Below, piece after piece: positions 1 through 12,140 of a stretch of 64,000 nucleotides of DNA. A program made the translations under genes and the position numbers. A model generated the notes under the pieces. It was not told the DNA's origin and made no database searches. It worked only from the letters and a program-made list of their open reading frames with translations. Where the stretch lies: the NCBI GenBank assembly GCA_028534125.1, contig CM052817.1:47494001-47558000 (forward strand), written 5' to 3'. Source of the stretch: Lama glama. Taxonomy: Eukaryota. Positions within the stretch are counted from its first letter, which is position 1; each line of letters starts with the position of its first letter.

Positions 1-537
1 TCAATCAGTTTACAATGTTGTGTCAGTTTCTGGTGTACAGCACAATACTTCAGTCATACATGAACATACATATATTTGTTTTCATATTCTTTTTCACTGT
101 AATTTACTACAAAACATTGAATATAGTTCCCTGTGCTATACAGTATGAACTTGTTTATCTATTTTATACAGATTAGTTAGTATCTGCAATCTTGAACTCC
201 CAATTTATCTCTTTCCACTCCTTTCCCCCGATAACCGTAAGTTTGTTTTCTATGTCTGCGAGTCTGTTTCTGTTCTGTAAATAAGTTTGTTTCTCTCTCT
301 CTCTGTTTTTTTTTTTTAAGATTCCACATATAAGGGATATCATGTGGTATTTTTCTTTCTCTCTCTGGCTTACTTCACTTAGAATGACAATCTCCAGGTC
401 CATGCATGTTGGTGTAAATGGGATTATCTTATTCTTTTTTATGGCTCAGTAGTATTCCATTGTATAAATATACCAAACTTCTTTATCCAGTTATCTGTCG
501 ATGGACATTCAGGTTGTTTCCATGTCTTGGCTATTGT
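1..537 (-). mobile_element. L1 3' end fragment (ORF2 C-terminus and 3' UTR)
   Basis: Reverse complement resembles the L1 3' ends at 20029-20553 and 25874-26477; ORF 173..403 MDLEIVILSEVSQ is the typical L1 3' translation. Confidence 0.9.
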
Positions 538-1639
538 TTTAATAATGCACACTGGCCTTTAAAATTGTTGAACTCAATTAACCCTGAGTTTATATGTTAG
601 CAGACTTATATGACTCCAGTCTAAGTTTGAGGTACCTCTCTTATTAATAAAAAAATAATATTTTAGATGGTGAAAAATTATTATACATATTATAATTCTT
701 AACTAATATGGAAAGGCATTACTGCAGTTACTTTCCTTCTTGGATTATTTAATACATTAATGTTATTACACTGATATGACTGAGAAAACTGAAATCTTAA
801 TAGCAGATAAAAGATTTATAAAGTTTTTGGATTAGAAGAACATGTATAATTTAATGTTTATTGTGTTAGGTTCTATCATCCAAGCTAAGTATGATCACAT
901 AGAGAAGAACTATCACATTTTAAAAATAATTAGATCAGCAAAAAATGAATGGTTCATACTGCAGTATATAAAGCAGTGTATCACAAATATACACCCAAAC
1001 CACCTGACTCGAGATCTTCTTAAGTGCCTCTTGAAATGCAGATTCTAGGGCCCATTGTAGACTTAGTGCAGTAGAGTGTCTGGGCAGAGACCCTACGAAT
1101 TAGGTGGTTCATGTGCACACAAGCATGCTGTAGAGCAACCATGTTTCTTTTTTTTCTTGAAGTTTAGCTAGAATGACAGCTGGTTTTATTTAAAGACCTA
1201 TAAAGTATACTAACAGAGTATCCAGCATACATAAATACCAGAGTAGTTTATATCATGTCAAGGGTATGGAGGGGAGGCCTTTTGAAGAATGATCTCATAG
1301 GCATTCTTTGGCAGAAACCTGGCAAATGTCCTGCGTCCTCTAGCTAGGCTTACATTAACCTGACATTCCACCCCCTAGGGAGTACATTTTGTGACTTGAT
1401 TTAAAGTGTTTTTGTTATCAGGTCACTTTTTCGGGAGGAGAGAAGGCAGTCTTTGTGGGGGGCCTTTTGCCACTCTTGTGTAAATTATTTTGCATCAATT
1501 TAGATTTCTATATTACATCCTTCAGGGATTTTTATCAAGTTCTCCAACGTTCCATATTTCCCTACCCATGTGTCAAAAAAAGCATTGGCATATGAGAGAG
1601 TAGATTTATATTTAAATCTCTTTGTGAGGTTTCTTTTGT

Positions 1640-3035
1640 AATTTTTCTTGGTCTATAGCATATACACAGTAAAGTTCACAAGTCTTAAGTTTTCAGCTCA
1701 ATCAGTTTTTACAAATGTAATCATCATGCATATCAAATTATAGAATAATTTCCAGCATCCCAAAAGCTTCCCTTATACCATTTCCTAGTTAGTAACCCAC
1801 CAAAGGTAATCACCATGTGAATTCTATCAACATAGTATTGTTTTAGGTTTCCATGAAATTAGTATATGTGATATAAATTAAATCATACAGCATTTGTTTT
1901 TTGTCTGGTTTCTTTAACCTAACACTGTATCTATGAGATTAGTCCATGTTCCTGTGTGCAGTAGCAATTTGGTATTTTTTATTGCTTTATACTGTTCTTT
2001 TGTACAACTTAGCATGGCATTCATCCTGTCTATTTTCCAGTTTTAGCTATTAAAAATAGCTATGAATATCCTTGTTTGTATACTATGATGGATGTACATG
2101 TGTGCTCATTTCCGCCTAGTGTTTACTTAGGAGTAGAATTGCTGTGTCATGAGTGTGCGTATACTAAGCTGTAGTAGATAATGCTAGGTGGTTTACAAAG
2201 TGGTGCACCACTGCACATTCCCAGCCGCAATGGAGGAGAGCTCCAGCTGATCCAGATCCTGTCCAGTGGTTGGTAGTATCAAGTTTTATTTTCCATTTTA
2301 GCCATGGTAGTAAGTATGTTTCATCTGGCTTTAATTTGTCTTTCCTAATGTCTAACAATGTTGAGAACACTTATATGTACCTATAGTATATAGACTGTTA
2401 TTTTTGTGAAGTGTATGTTTAAGGACACCTCTAAAAATTGGATATCTGTCTTGTTCTTATTGTTTTGCAGGTGTACTTATGTATCCTGGGTATGACTGCT
2501 TTGTCAGATATGTTTTGTAAATATTTTCCCCAACTCTGGCTCAGTGTCTCTAAGTATTAATGTTTATAGATTTGCTGTAGAGGTCTAGCACATCTTTGTT
2601 AGTTTTTTTCTCCTGAGAATTTGATCTTTAATATCTTTTAAAAAGGATTCTTTTCCTTGTTTCTTGATAAAGTTCATTTTTTTATTTGCTATTAATGAAT
2701 AAGAGTACTTACTCTCTACATCTTTGTTAACATAACAAGTTAAAAAATTTACTTTTTTTATACTAAAATATAGAAAATGGTCTGACACTAATTTTAATAT
2801 CCATTTTTCTTAAATAAATGAAGCTGAGGATTTGTTCATCAAAAAAAAATTCAAGTGATTTTTCTATATAGGTTTTTGTATTCAGTGACTTGCTTAATTC
2901 ACTTGTTAATCCTACAGATTCTTTTGGATTTCTATACAAACAATTGTGTCATCTGGAAATAATAACATGTTTATTTCTCCCTTATAAATTATAATTCTTT
3001 TTTAAATTTTACTTTCTTGCTTTATTGAGTTTGTT
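1640..3035 (-). mobile_element. Old L1M (L1MC/ME-like) fragment
   Basis: T-rich degenerate antisense L1 3' motifs (ttttagctattaaaaatagctatgaatatcc; aggagtagaattgctg; ttctttggattt...gtgtcatctg). Boundaries approximate. Confidence 0.7.
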
Positions 3036-3044
3036 TTTTTGACA

Positions 3045-3167
3045 CTCTGCATGTCTGCAAATGACTGAGAAAGCACTGTAAATACTGACTTGGGGATTAC
3101 AAATAAACTTTAGTGACTGAGCAAATTCACAAATATAAAATCTGCAAATATGGAGAAATGATTGTAT
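3045..3167. mobile_element. Tigger/MER2-like DNA transposon end
   Basis: gcaaattcacaaatataaaatctgcaaatatggag..attgta resembles a recalled Tigger3/MER2 terminus. Confidence 0.5.
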
Positions 3168-5464
3168 TTTATATATGTGTGTATATACATATACATGAAC
3201 TGTAATATAATTTCATATAATGTTATGGTGTGTTTCTTTGTGTATATTAGGATGAGATATAATTTATTTAATTATACTTTTACTCTCAGATGTATAACTT
3301 GTTTCTAGTTTTTCTTTGATATTACCACTTCTAATACTATTAGAAACTTCACTAACAGTTAGCTATTATGTTTTCCTTTTCCATTCTCCCTCTTTTTGCA
3401 CACTGATACATCATAATTCATTTAAATCCCCATTTTCTTTAAATGCAAGCCATTTACGTGCCAATATGTTGACTCATTTTTTTTGTTGTTTGACATTTAT
3501 TGATCTCTTAATGTGTTTCAGGCTCAGTAGACTACTTTTTAGCACATTTCCCATTTTAAAAAATGTATACAATCATCCTCAGATATTTTTTACTCACAAA
3601 AGTATTCTGCATTCAAAAAAAAATTATTTATGTCCCTCTGTTTCCATTACCATGGAGAAAATATAACGAAGAGTTCCAGAGCAAATAGGATAAAGGTGCA
3701 CCTAACTCTGACACATCATATGCTTATGTGACCACAACAGTGTTAGAACGAATAATATGTAGTACATACCTAGTGTTCAGCCTTGTTGTTATATGGAGTT
3801 ATGTGCTGTGGTGAGTTTTATTCTCTGTGATCATTCTTTGTTTTTTACCAAGAACTTATTCTAATGACCATCAAACAAGAGGGTAAACATAGCATGTGAA
3901 TTTACCTTTGAATGCTTTTTTTTCTTTTTTGGAGTTTTGTCTTTGCAAATGTTAGTGGAATAGTCCTCTGGGACTGCTAAACGTATTGATTAGAGTCAGA
4001 TGAGATGATCCTTAAACAGGGAAGACTTTGATCAATTCCTTTAAGGATCTTTTGAAATATTCTTTTATTCAGATGGACAACATTCTAGGCTGATGAAATA
4101 AGAAAAGTGGCAATAATGAGTAGACTATGTAATGACAAATAATTAAGTTAACTCTTCTAGAGAAAAAATAAAACTGCACTACAAAAACAGATACGTGATT
4201 TAGGCAGTGAAAAGTTTGGCCAATGACAAAAAGTTTAGATTTAATAAGGAAAGGAAATTTGTACTTTTTGGAGTAACATTTAAAGAAGATAGTTTCAGTG
4301 GCCAAACATAGGATGGGTATAGACAGAAAACAAGAAAAGAGAATATACAGTCCAGTAGAGAGAGCCTGGATGCAGAAAGCACAGATAGAATGGCAAATCT
4401 AAGAATCTGGGGTAGCAAGAATTATCAGAAATTAACAATGGCCTGATGAGACAAGCGAAGTGGAAATGACTTCAGGGTTCTGATTGCCTGAAAAGGAAGT
4501 TCAAGAAGATTGTTGAAGGATATATTATATGGAGACAAGTTAATGCTTTGAGAATAATAATGAGAAGACATTGGAACAGTGATGTAGGAATGTCCTGTAA
4601 TTCAGGATATGTAGCTTAAGGATTAAAAATGTATAAAAATTCTATCACTGAATGATTTGTCCAAGGGATCATGTGTAAGAAGCAAAGGGCCCTGGGTGAT
4701 TCTCCGGCAACTGGGGATGAGCACAGGATCCAGCCAAGAACCACCTAAAGGGACATGGAAAACTAGAAGTAGAGAGGAAACTGTCAGGTCAGAGGACTGC
4801 ATCAGGGAAGAGTACGTGTGATGATTCATTCAGCTGAAGAAAGCAAAATGGACTAGAAACGGAGACGTGGTGAAAGATCAAGAAAAAGAAGTCCTGATTT
4901 GGCTCAGGTCAGCTTCTGTGAGGAAGCAGCTATAGTGACTGTAGCCCGTGTGGTGAATGGAGAGGGGCCAGGACGGGCAACTAGAGGTTGGGGAGTGAAT
5001 GTTATTTTTCATTTGCAAACCACACAAAGATAAAATGTACTTCCAGGAATGTTTTGTCTAAACAAATGCTTGCACTAGGTCAAGGGGTTTATAAATATTA
5101 CCTAAGAGCACCTGGCACATAGTAAGTGCTCAGTAGATGTTTGTTAAATGCCCGTGTCCTCTCTCACCCCTGTCTTGTACACACCCTATGGCTTTTGGTG
5201 CATTTTCCAAATACTAAAAATTTATTAATCATGATATGAGTGAAACAGTTCTATGGAAATGAAAGCTACATGCCAGATTGGAAACAGTTCCTGAGGGACA
5301 CAGGAGAGAAAAATAGAAGCATTAGGCAAACTCCATAAAAGAGTAGAATCACAGGAGAAAAATTCTCGAGGTAGGAGGGCCCCTGCTGGTCACATAATAG
5401 CCCAGCCCTCTTATGACATGGCTGTGGATTGCAGGCCCAGCTTTGTTAAATAGCTTACCATATA

Positions 5465-6010
5465 TGTGTCAAGGTTCAGTTCCAGGAAATTGAAGCCACA
5501 CTCGCTATTTTAAGCATGAAAGGATTTAATATAAAGAATTAAGTGCACATTAAATTGCTGGAAGGACTGGAGGAGTGGCCACGAGACTTGGGCTCCAGGA
5601 CCAGTTCCCAGAATGAGGCGGCTGATTGGTCCACCCAGGCAGCTGCTGTTGCTGCACAGGTCAGGGAGGGGACGAGTGAGCGAGCTGCCCCCGGACCTGC
5701 TGACTCCATCACTTGCCACAGAAAATGCTCTCTGAGCATAACAAACTGGCACTCTGCTGCTGTACTTTCCTCTCAGCATCCACACAGCTGACAACTGGAC
5801 CTCGAATGTTATGATGGAAAACCCCCAGTGCCTCCCCAGCCACGTTTGCCACTTCTGAGTTCACATCTCACGTGAGTGCATCCAGTTGGCTGAACCAAAT
5901 GCTCACCTGGGAGGCTGGCTGCAGGCACACTGGGGCTCGCCATTCCCTCTTCTGTAGGAGTACACAACGCAAGGAGGTTGAAATGGATGTGGACTGCCAA
6001 ATCACTGTAT
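5465..6010. mobile_element. MaLR (MLT1-type) LTR
   Basis: Starts tgtgtcaaggttcagttccaggaaattgaagccacactc..tattttaagca..ggatttaat; contains gagtgcatcc..ttggctgaacc..gggaggctgg, typical of old MLT1 LTRs. Confidence 0.65.
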
Positions 6011-6160
6011 TCACTCCCCTGCTGCCACACCTGGGAAAGCACATCACTGCCGCAAGAACTTGGAAGGCCTGTTCTCCCTGAACACAGGTGCACAAAAGCG
6101 AATTATGTAATTCAGCCCTGCTTCTAGAAATCCCTTTCTGGTACCGAAAGGCTTCTAAGT

Positions 6161-6310
6161 AGGGTGACCGCTTGATTTGTTCAAACTGGGCCACATCCGA
6201 GAGTGGAGAGAAAACATTACTAGTGTTGATGTCAGGATAACAGGCATGGTGCAGAACTGCGCCAAGAAAACCAGCCCTGAGCCTGTGTAGGAAGTGTTCT
6301 TCCTGGTCTC
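6161..6310. mobile_element. MER94-like hAT MITE (degenerate)
   Basis: Begins agggtgacc; resembles the reverse complement of the element at 53818-53950. Confidence 0.5.
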
Positions 6311-6329
6311 GCTTCACCTTCCCTTAGTG

Positions 6330-6740
6330 ACCACATCTGCCAACACAATCTTCACCTGATTTTTGCTCCCTCCACTTTAAAGTTCTGTTCCCCCAGTATT
6401 TCAGCGCTGTTCAGGTCATCTGCACACGCTGTGTCCTTGCCTGGAAGTGGCCCTCCCTGTTTCTCCATATGTCTAACTTCTGTGCATCTTTCAACATCCA
6501 GTGTAGCCGTCACCTCCTCTGTTGAAATGTTCTCAGGTTCTTCCAGGTAAAGTTGCTTCTTCTTCAGTTACATCCATGCCTTGCATGACAGTATGTGTTT
6601 ATATTTCTTTCTCTCCTATTAAGCTGTAACTTCCTCCATGACAGGAACTGGGCTTCTTTGCCCTTTATTCCTAGAGGCTAGATCAGATTCTATACTGGAA
6701 AAGTACTCAAGAAATGTGTGGAAATAGATGGATGGAAGGA
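6330..6740 (+). mobile_element. L2 3' fragment
   Basis: gtcacctcctct..., tgtaacttcctccatgacagg..., ending aagaaatgtgtggaaatagatggatgg (L2 tail). Confidence 0.6.
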
Positions 6741-8059
6741 GTTAAGGAAGAGAGGAAAGAAATCAAGTAACAAGAGAATGAGGGGAACAAGGAATAGAAG
6801 GAAAAAAAGAGGAAAGGAAGGAATGGGGGGCCAGGAGGAAAGGAGGTAATGAGCTTTTTCCAGTAATTCTAACATTTGTATTTATGAGGATTCTTCTTAT
6901 ATTACCCGTCTGTTAGACCTTCAAAACGACTGAATGAGTTGAGATGAAATCAAGGCACACTCATTTAAAAACAGCCTTGCTGCCTGCAGTCTGGATTTCC
7001 CATCTGATATTTGAAGACAGTATCAGCACTTACTGACTTTGATGACAGTGAGTGGTTAATGGTTTCACTCCATCTGTGTTAATCTATCAAATATGTCATC
7101 CCTCAATTTGAGTGGAACACATAAATGTTTAGATTTCTTGCACTCAAACTGCAAAAAGATCTTTCAAATCTAGAAAGATGAATTTAGATACAATCAGACC
7201 CAGTGCATCAATGAATCATCCTTGTTTCCCTTTCTGTCACTTTTCACAAGACAATTCCTTTTCTGAGTGGGTAGTTTCATCCTGCTTGTTGTGGCCCTTG
7301 CTGCTGATTTGAAGGGATGACCCACAATGAACCCATTTCTAGAATTTATTTTTTGCCTTCACTTCTGAAACATGACTTCCTGAAGTCCACCCCCAATTTT
7401 CTATCATCTAAATGTGATTTATGAAAACCTAGTTTGTAATTCTCTAAAAAATTCAGTGCAAAACATTTTCAGCAAATATTTCAAACATCATGTTCTTTGG
7501 ACTGTAAGGGGATACCTATGTTTGCTAAGGTTTTAATTTTTTGAACTCGCTCCATGTTTGTGTTAAGTAACAAGCAGCTTTTTAGGGGCTACTCTTGGAA
7601 GACAGTTTCTTTCTGCAAACACATTTACAGTGAGTGCCTCTTGGCTCAGCCAGCTTTTAATGAACAAAGAAATTCACATTGTTTTATGAGAAAGGTGAAT
7701 AGAATTTTTTTGATATTTACTGAATACTGCTCAGCCTTAAGTTTCTCTCCCTTCAGAAGATACTATGTGTTACAAGGACACATTCAAGGAGATTTAATAT
7801 CTCATAAAAGTATGATTTTTGTTCTAAAAGAGTGTTGTCAGGGTTTTTACACTGAACATTTCACTACTACTTAATTTCTATAAATCCAAGTAAATGCGTA
7901 TAGAAAATCACTTAGGAAAGGCTGAAAGCCTATAGAAAATTCTGAGTCATGTTATATAGAGTAAAATACCTATAAATCCAAGTTTCTAAACCACCTTATG
8001 ATATTAGCAAAACCAAATTAAGTGAACTTCTTCTCTCGGCCGAGATGGAATAATAGAAA

Positions 8060-8390
8060 CTGGATTAACCCTCCTACTTCAAACAGCCAGAAATAGGCAG
8101 GATATATGAAACAGTACTTTAAAGACATTGGATATCGGCAGAGAAAGACCATGATCCCTAAGAGATGAGAAGCAAGTGAAGTGAGCCTCAGCACTTCCCC
8201 AGTTCACTGCCTTAAGGGTTTCTAATCCAGTCTCAGGGAAGGGGAACCCAGGCTGAACCTGACAGAGTTGAGAGGCCAGAGCTGAGTCAGGGAGATGAAG
8301 GTGGCCAGCATTCACAGGACTGAGTCTGGGAGAAGGGAGAGCTACACAGAGGTAAAACTCTGATATCTGAAGAGGTCCCCCTCTAGTATT
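8060..8390 (+). mobile_element. Old L1M 5'-region fragment
   Basis: atatatgaaacagtactttaaagacattggata..ccatgatccct..agaggtccccctctagtatt resembles recalled L1MC/MD 5' sequence. Confidence 0.5.
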
Positions 8391-8870
8391 TGTTGCCAAA
8401 ACATGGCCTCCATAGCCCGCTTACCAAACTGATACTTGAAGACAGAGTTTTGGATGAAGTAGAAAAGGCAACTTTTATTTCATTGCCGGGGAAAGGAGGT
8501 CACAGTGGGCTAATGCCTCTAAGACTGTGAGCCTGCTGGGGGAGAAGGCAGGGGGTTTATAGTAAAAGTTCAGGAGTTCAAGGGGCAGAACTAGTTTCCA
8601 TAGAGATCTCATACCAGGTAAAAATTGTTGCAAAATTGTCCTTGTTTTTGCAGATACAGTGGTCCCTTTCCTTCTGCTGGGTATGAAGTTCACCTCTAGC
8701 TTTGGGACTGTCTTGATATTCTTGTACCCAGAGCAAAGGATGCATAGGAAGGAGCCCCATGGGGGAAAAAAGAAATGAAGTTTCAGGGATGGTTAAATTC
8801 AGAGTCTCCAAGTCATCATTGGAACATAACTATTCTCTCCATTAGTAATCTTCACTTTCCCCTTCTTACA
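8391..8870 (-). mobile_element. ERV1-type solo LTR
   Basis: Starts TGTTGCC; tttatt (antisense polyA signal) and tttata (antisense TATA) in LTR order. Right end uncertain, no TSD seen. Confidence 0.6.
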
Positions 8871-9194
8871 TTAAACCTAGACCAACAACTCTCCCCTATT
8901 CACCCAAGCACCTTCAGTGTTAAATTCTGCCAGTTTCAAGCTTGTAGACAGAATCTCTTTCCTAGTAGCTCCAAATAAAACAGTCCTAGGTAAAAGTTTC
9001 ATTGGCATGATTTAGGCCATCTGCCCATCCAATGACTGGAGAGTCATGGAAATGGAATATCCTACTTGGCCATGCCAGGATCAATGCCCATGGCTGGAAC
9101 TGAATGTAGAGGGTGGAGTGGGGAAGTGAGACTGGGAGGGTGCAGATCCGTGTAACTACATGAACTGCCTGGAGAAAGAGAGCTCCCCCACACT

Positions 9195-9388
9195 TAGAGT
9201 TGCCAGATTCCACAAATAAATATACAAGATTCTCATTTAAATTTGGATTTCAGCTAAACATGGAATAAGTTTTTAGTGCTAGGTGTGTCCCATGATAATA
9301 TTTGAGACAGACTTACACTAAAAAAAAATTGTTATTTATCTGATATTTGAATTTAACAGAGAATACTGCATTTTGTCTGACAACCCTT
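9195..9388. mobile_element. MER53 hAT MITE (palindromic)
   Basis: TIRs agagttgccaga / tctgacaaccct, about 194 bp, 8-bp TSD cccacact (9187-9194) / cccacacc (9389-9396). Confidence 0.85.
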
Positions 9389-9899
9389 CCCACACCCAAA
9401 CATTTCAGTGACTTATTCAAGAAACGGTTGGAATGGGGCTGAGCATGCAACAGTGACAAGAGCCCACTACTATAGGAATGAAGTACTGTGCCTTTCAAAA
9501 GACATTACCAAGCCAAAAGAATGTGGAAGGGATCTGTAGGCAAGGAGACTACAATAAGAGAAATAAAACATAAAATGCACGAATGCAAACTAAATAGAAT
9601 AAAAGAGACCAGTGGGAGACTGTTACTAGGGAATGTGGGAAGAGGAGGACTTTGAAAGGAGGATTCAACAATGTGAGTTGACTCTGTAACTTCCATTTCC
9701 CCCTCCTCTTTTATTTCAAGGCCCCCTTTATCATTTTAAATAGGATCTCAGTACTACTCAAGAACGCACACTTTTCCTAACCATGTGCTCCAGAGGAGGC
9801 CGTCCTCAGTCACAGGTTAATTTTTGGTTAGAATAGAATATATGGGAGTTCTGTTCTTTGAATGATTTTTACATGGCCTTGTGATTCAATTCTGGCCAC

Positions 9900-10250
9900 T
9901 GAAACATGCAGTTAAATGTACCAGAGGGCTTCCAAGAAAGCTTTTCGCCTACTTTTAAGAAAGACATGCATGAAAACACAATTTGTCATATCTGGCTGTG
10001 ATGCTGACATTGTGCAGCCATTCTGAAATAATCAAAGAAGCTAATCTCAAGATAAAGCCTGTATACCAAGAATGGCAGGATATGAAAAAATGAAAGAACT
10101 ATGTACTTGATGATCTATTAATGAACTGATTAACCCAGGAATCACCTTAACTCTAGACCTCTCATAACATGAACTAGTATGTTTTGTGATTGCTTAAAAC
10201 ACTTTAAATAAAGCTTTATTTATTTTCAGCTATAAACATTCTAACTGGCA
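9900..10250. mobile_element. Old ERVL-type LTR fragment (LTR16/LTR33-like)
   Basis: Degenerate motifs gcagccattctg..gatggcag..gtacttgatga..ctctagacctctc; family assignment weak. Confidence 0.4.
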
Positions 10251-10454
10251 TGTAGGAGATTATTATTAAAAGTCAGGATTTTCTATGTACATGAACATTG
10301 AGGTGGCTGTTCTATTTTGTTTGTTTGCTAATGATCACAAACTCAAAGCATGAAAACTTTTTTTTTTTGACTTGGAATGTAAGACATTTTCCATTTTAAA
10401 AAATGCCATATGCTTACCCCTTAAAGTAGTCAGTGAAAACAAAAGCAAACGTGT

Positions 10455-10500
10455 ATTTTAGAATTAGAATTTTAGAATTAGAATTAGTATTTTAGAATTT
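10455..10500. repeat. Short tandem repeat of ttagaa / ttttagaattagaa units
   Basis: attttagaattagaattttagaattagaattagtattttagaattt read directly. Confidence 0.8.
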
Positions 10501-11444
10501 TTCCTTTCGGCAAAAAGGAATCACGGAAACTAATATTCATTCAATGGTAATGTCTTTTTTTAAAAAAAGCAACAGTTACTTAATGAAACTTCAGAATTGA
10601 CATCATAAATTGGCCTGAATAGAGTTCTTTGAAGTACCATTATGGAATTTCCCAGTTAGTGAATGATTCAGCTGCTTTTTCACAGAAACATTTTATATCT
10701 TGGTAGAATGATGCCCCCATATGTATGGAGATGCTGCTACTGTATCTTTTTTGGAACTATAACAATATAACTTTATTTAAATTTTATCAGTGCCAACAGA
10801 GTGTCATCAGAGTTTGCAACGCCCAACACAAAATGTCACTGCTTTCATTCCTTGAACTTACCTATTGCCTTCTCTGTGATTCTTCAGCCATTTAAGCAGA
10901 AAATAGATCTGATAGGGTGTCTTTGGACATGATTTGCATGATAATCAGCTTCAGTTTTTCCTATTCCTGTACTTATGGGGGCGCAGAGATAATGGTAGAA
11001 TCAGGCACAGGGGTATCTAAAATTTCGTCAAAGTGTGTGTTTGTGTTTAAACTTTGAAGCTTTATAAAGGTGTACAGTATTAGTAAAAGGTATATTCTAA
11101 TACCCTGACTAGATCTGCTTAAAGTAGAGATTGCAGAAGTGATTTAAGCTTATGCAATTGTCTGTGACTACATGATACAAATTCAGCTTCAATCCGAATA
11201 TAAATCTGGCACAACTGTGTGGTTCACAGAGTTAACCCCTAAAGAGTTCTTAACCTTCTCAGGGTCTACCACGTGTGGGCACTCGGTGAATATGCACTGA
11301 GGGAAGATCAGGGACATCTATAAGCTAACTCTTTCCAATTTGATATTGGGTTTTTAATTTACTAAGCAAGTTTGTCTCATTGGATTTAATCATAATTTTA
11401 ACTAAAAGCAAACATCCTAGATTCTTCTCTGCTTTATCTACTTT

Positions 11445-11680
11445 TGTGTGTGTCTGTGTCTTTTTATTGGAGTATAGTCTGCTTACAATGTGTCAGCTTC
11501 TGGTGTACATCAGGAAAGAGAAAGAAAAATACCATATGATATCACTTATACATGGAATCTAAAAAAAAAGACACAAATGGACATATTTACAAAATGGACA
11601 GAAACTCACAGACATGGAAAACAAACTTATGGTTACTAGGGGAAGAAGAGGGTGGGAAGGGAAAAACGGAGAGCTCAAGA
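11445..11680 (-). mobile_element. Short 5'-inverted (twin-primed) L1 insertion
   Basis: Antisense L1 terminus 11461-11510 joined to a sense L1 3' UTR piece 11511-11680; 17-bp TSD tctgctttatctacttt (11428-11444) / tctgctttgtctgcttt (11681-11697). Confidence 0.85.
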
Positions 11681-11904
11681 TCTGCTTTGTCTGCTTTGTG
11701 CTTTGTATGAGCTATCATCACCCTCAGGCTTTGTGAAGTTGTCAACAATTCAGATTTTCCTTTACTAATTCCAGATTTTTTCTCACCTCTGTATTAAAAG
11801 AACTATAACCATTTGATTCGTGATACATAAGGTAAAATGCAGGAAGCTTTAAAAGGTATAGAAAGCTTATCTTAATGGGAAATTACCATCATCACCATCA
11901 CAGC

Positions 11905-12140
11905 AGCAGTAAATGCTGTTTGTTGAGTGCTTGTATCTAAGAGCTGAATACAGTGTTTTTACTGACATTATTCATATCATCACAGCAACTCTGCAAAGTA
12001 GGTATTCTTACCCCAATTTACAGAAGAGAAAACTGAGGCTCAGGGAGATAGGCATCTTAAGTAAAATCACACTGCCAGGATGTGACACTGCCAGGATTTG
12101 AAGCCAGGCATGTCTAGTTACAAAGCTCGTGATCATTACG
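11905..12140 (-). mobile_element. MIR SINE
   Basis: Core ccccaatttacagaagagaaaactgaggctcagggaga..ccaggatttgaagccagg. Confidence 0.85.

Noticed and set aside
5510..6317. Overlapping ORFs up to 149 aa
   Set aside because: Within an MLT1 LTR and a MITE; non-ATG starts or no domain signal.
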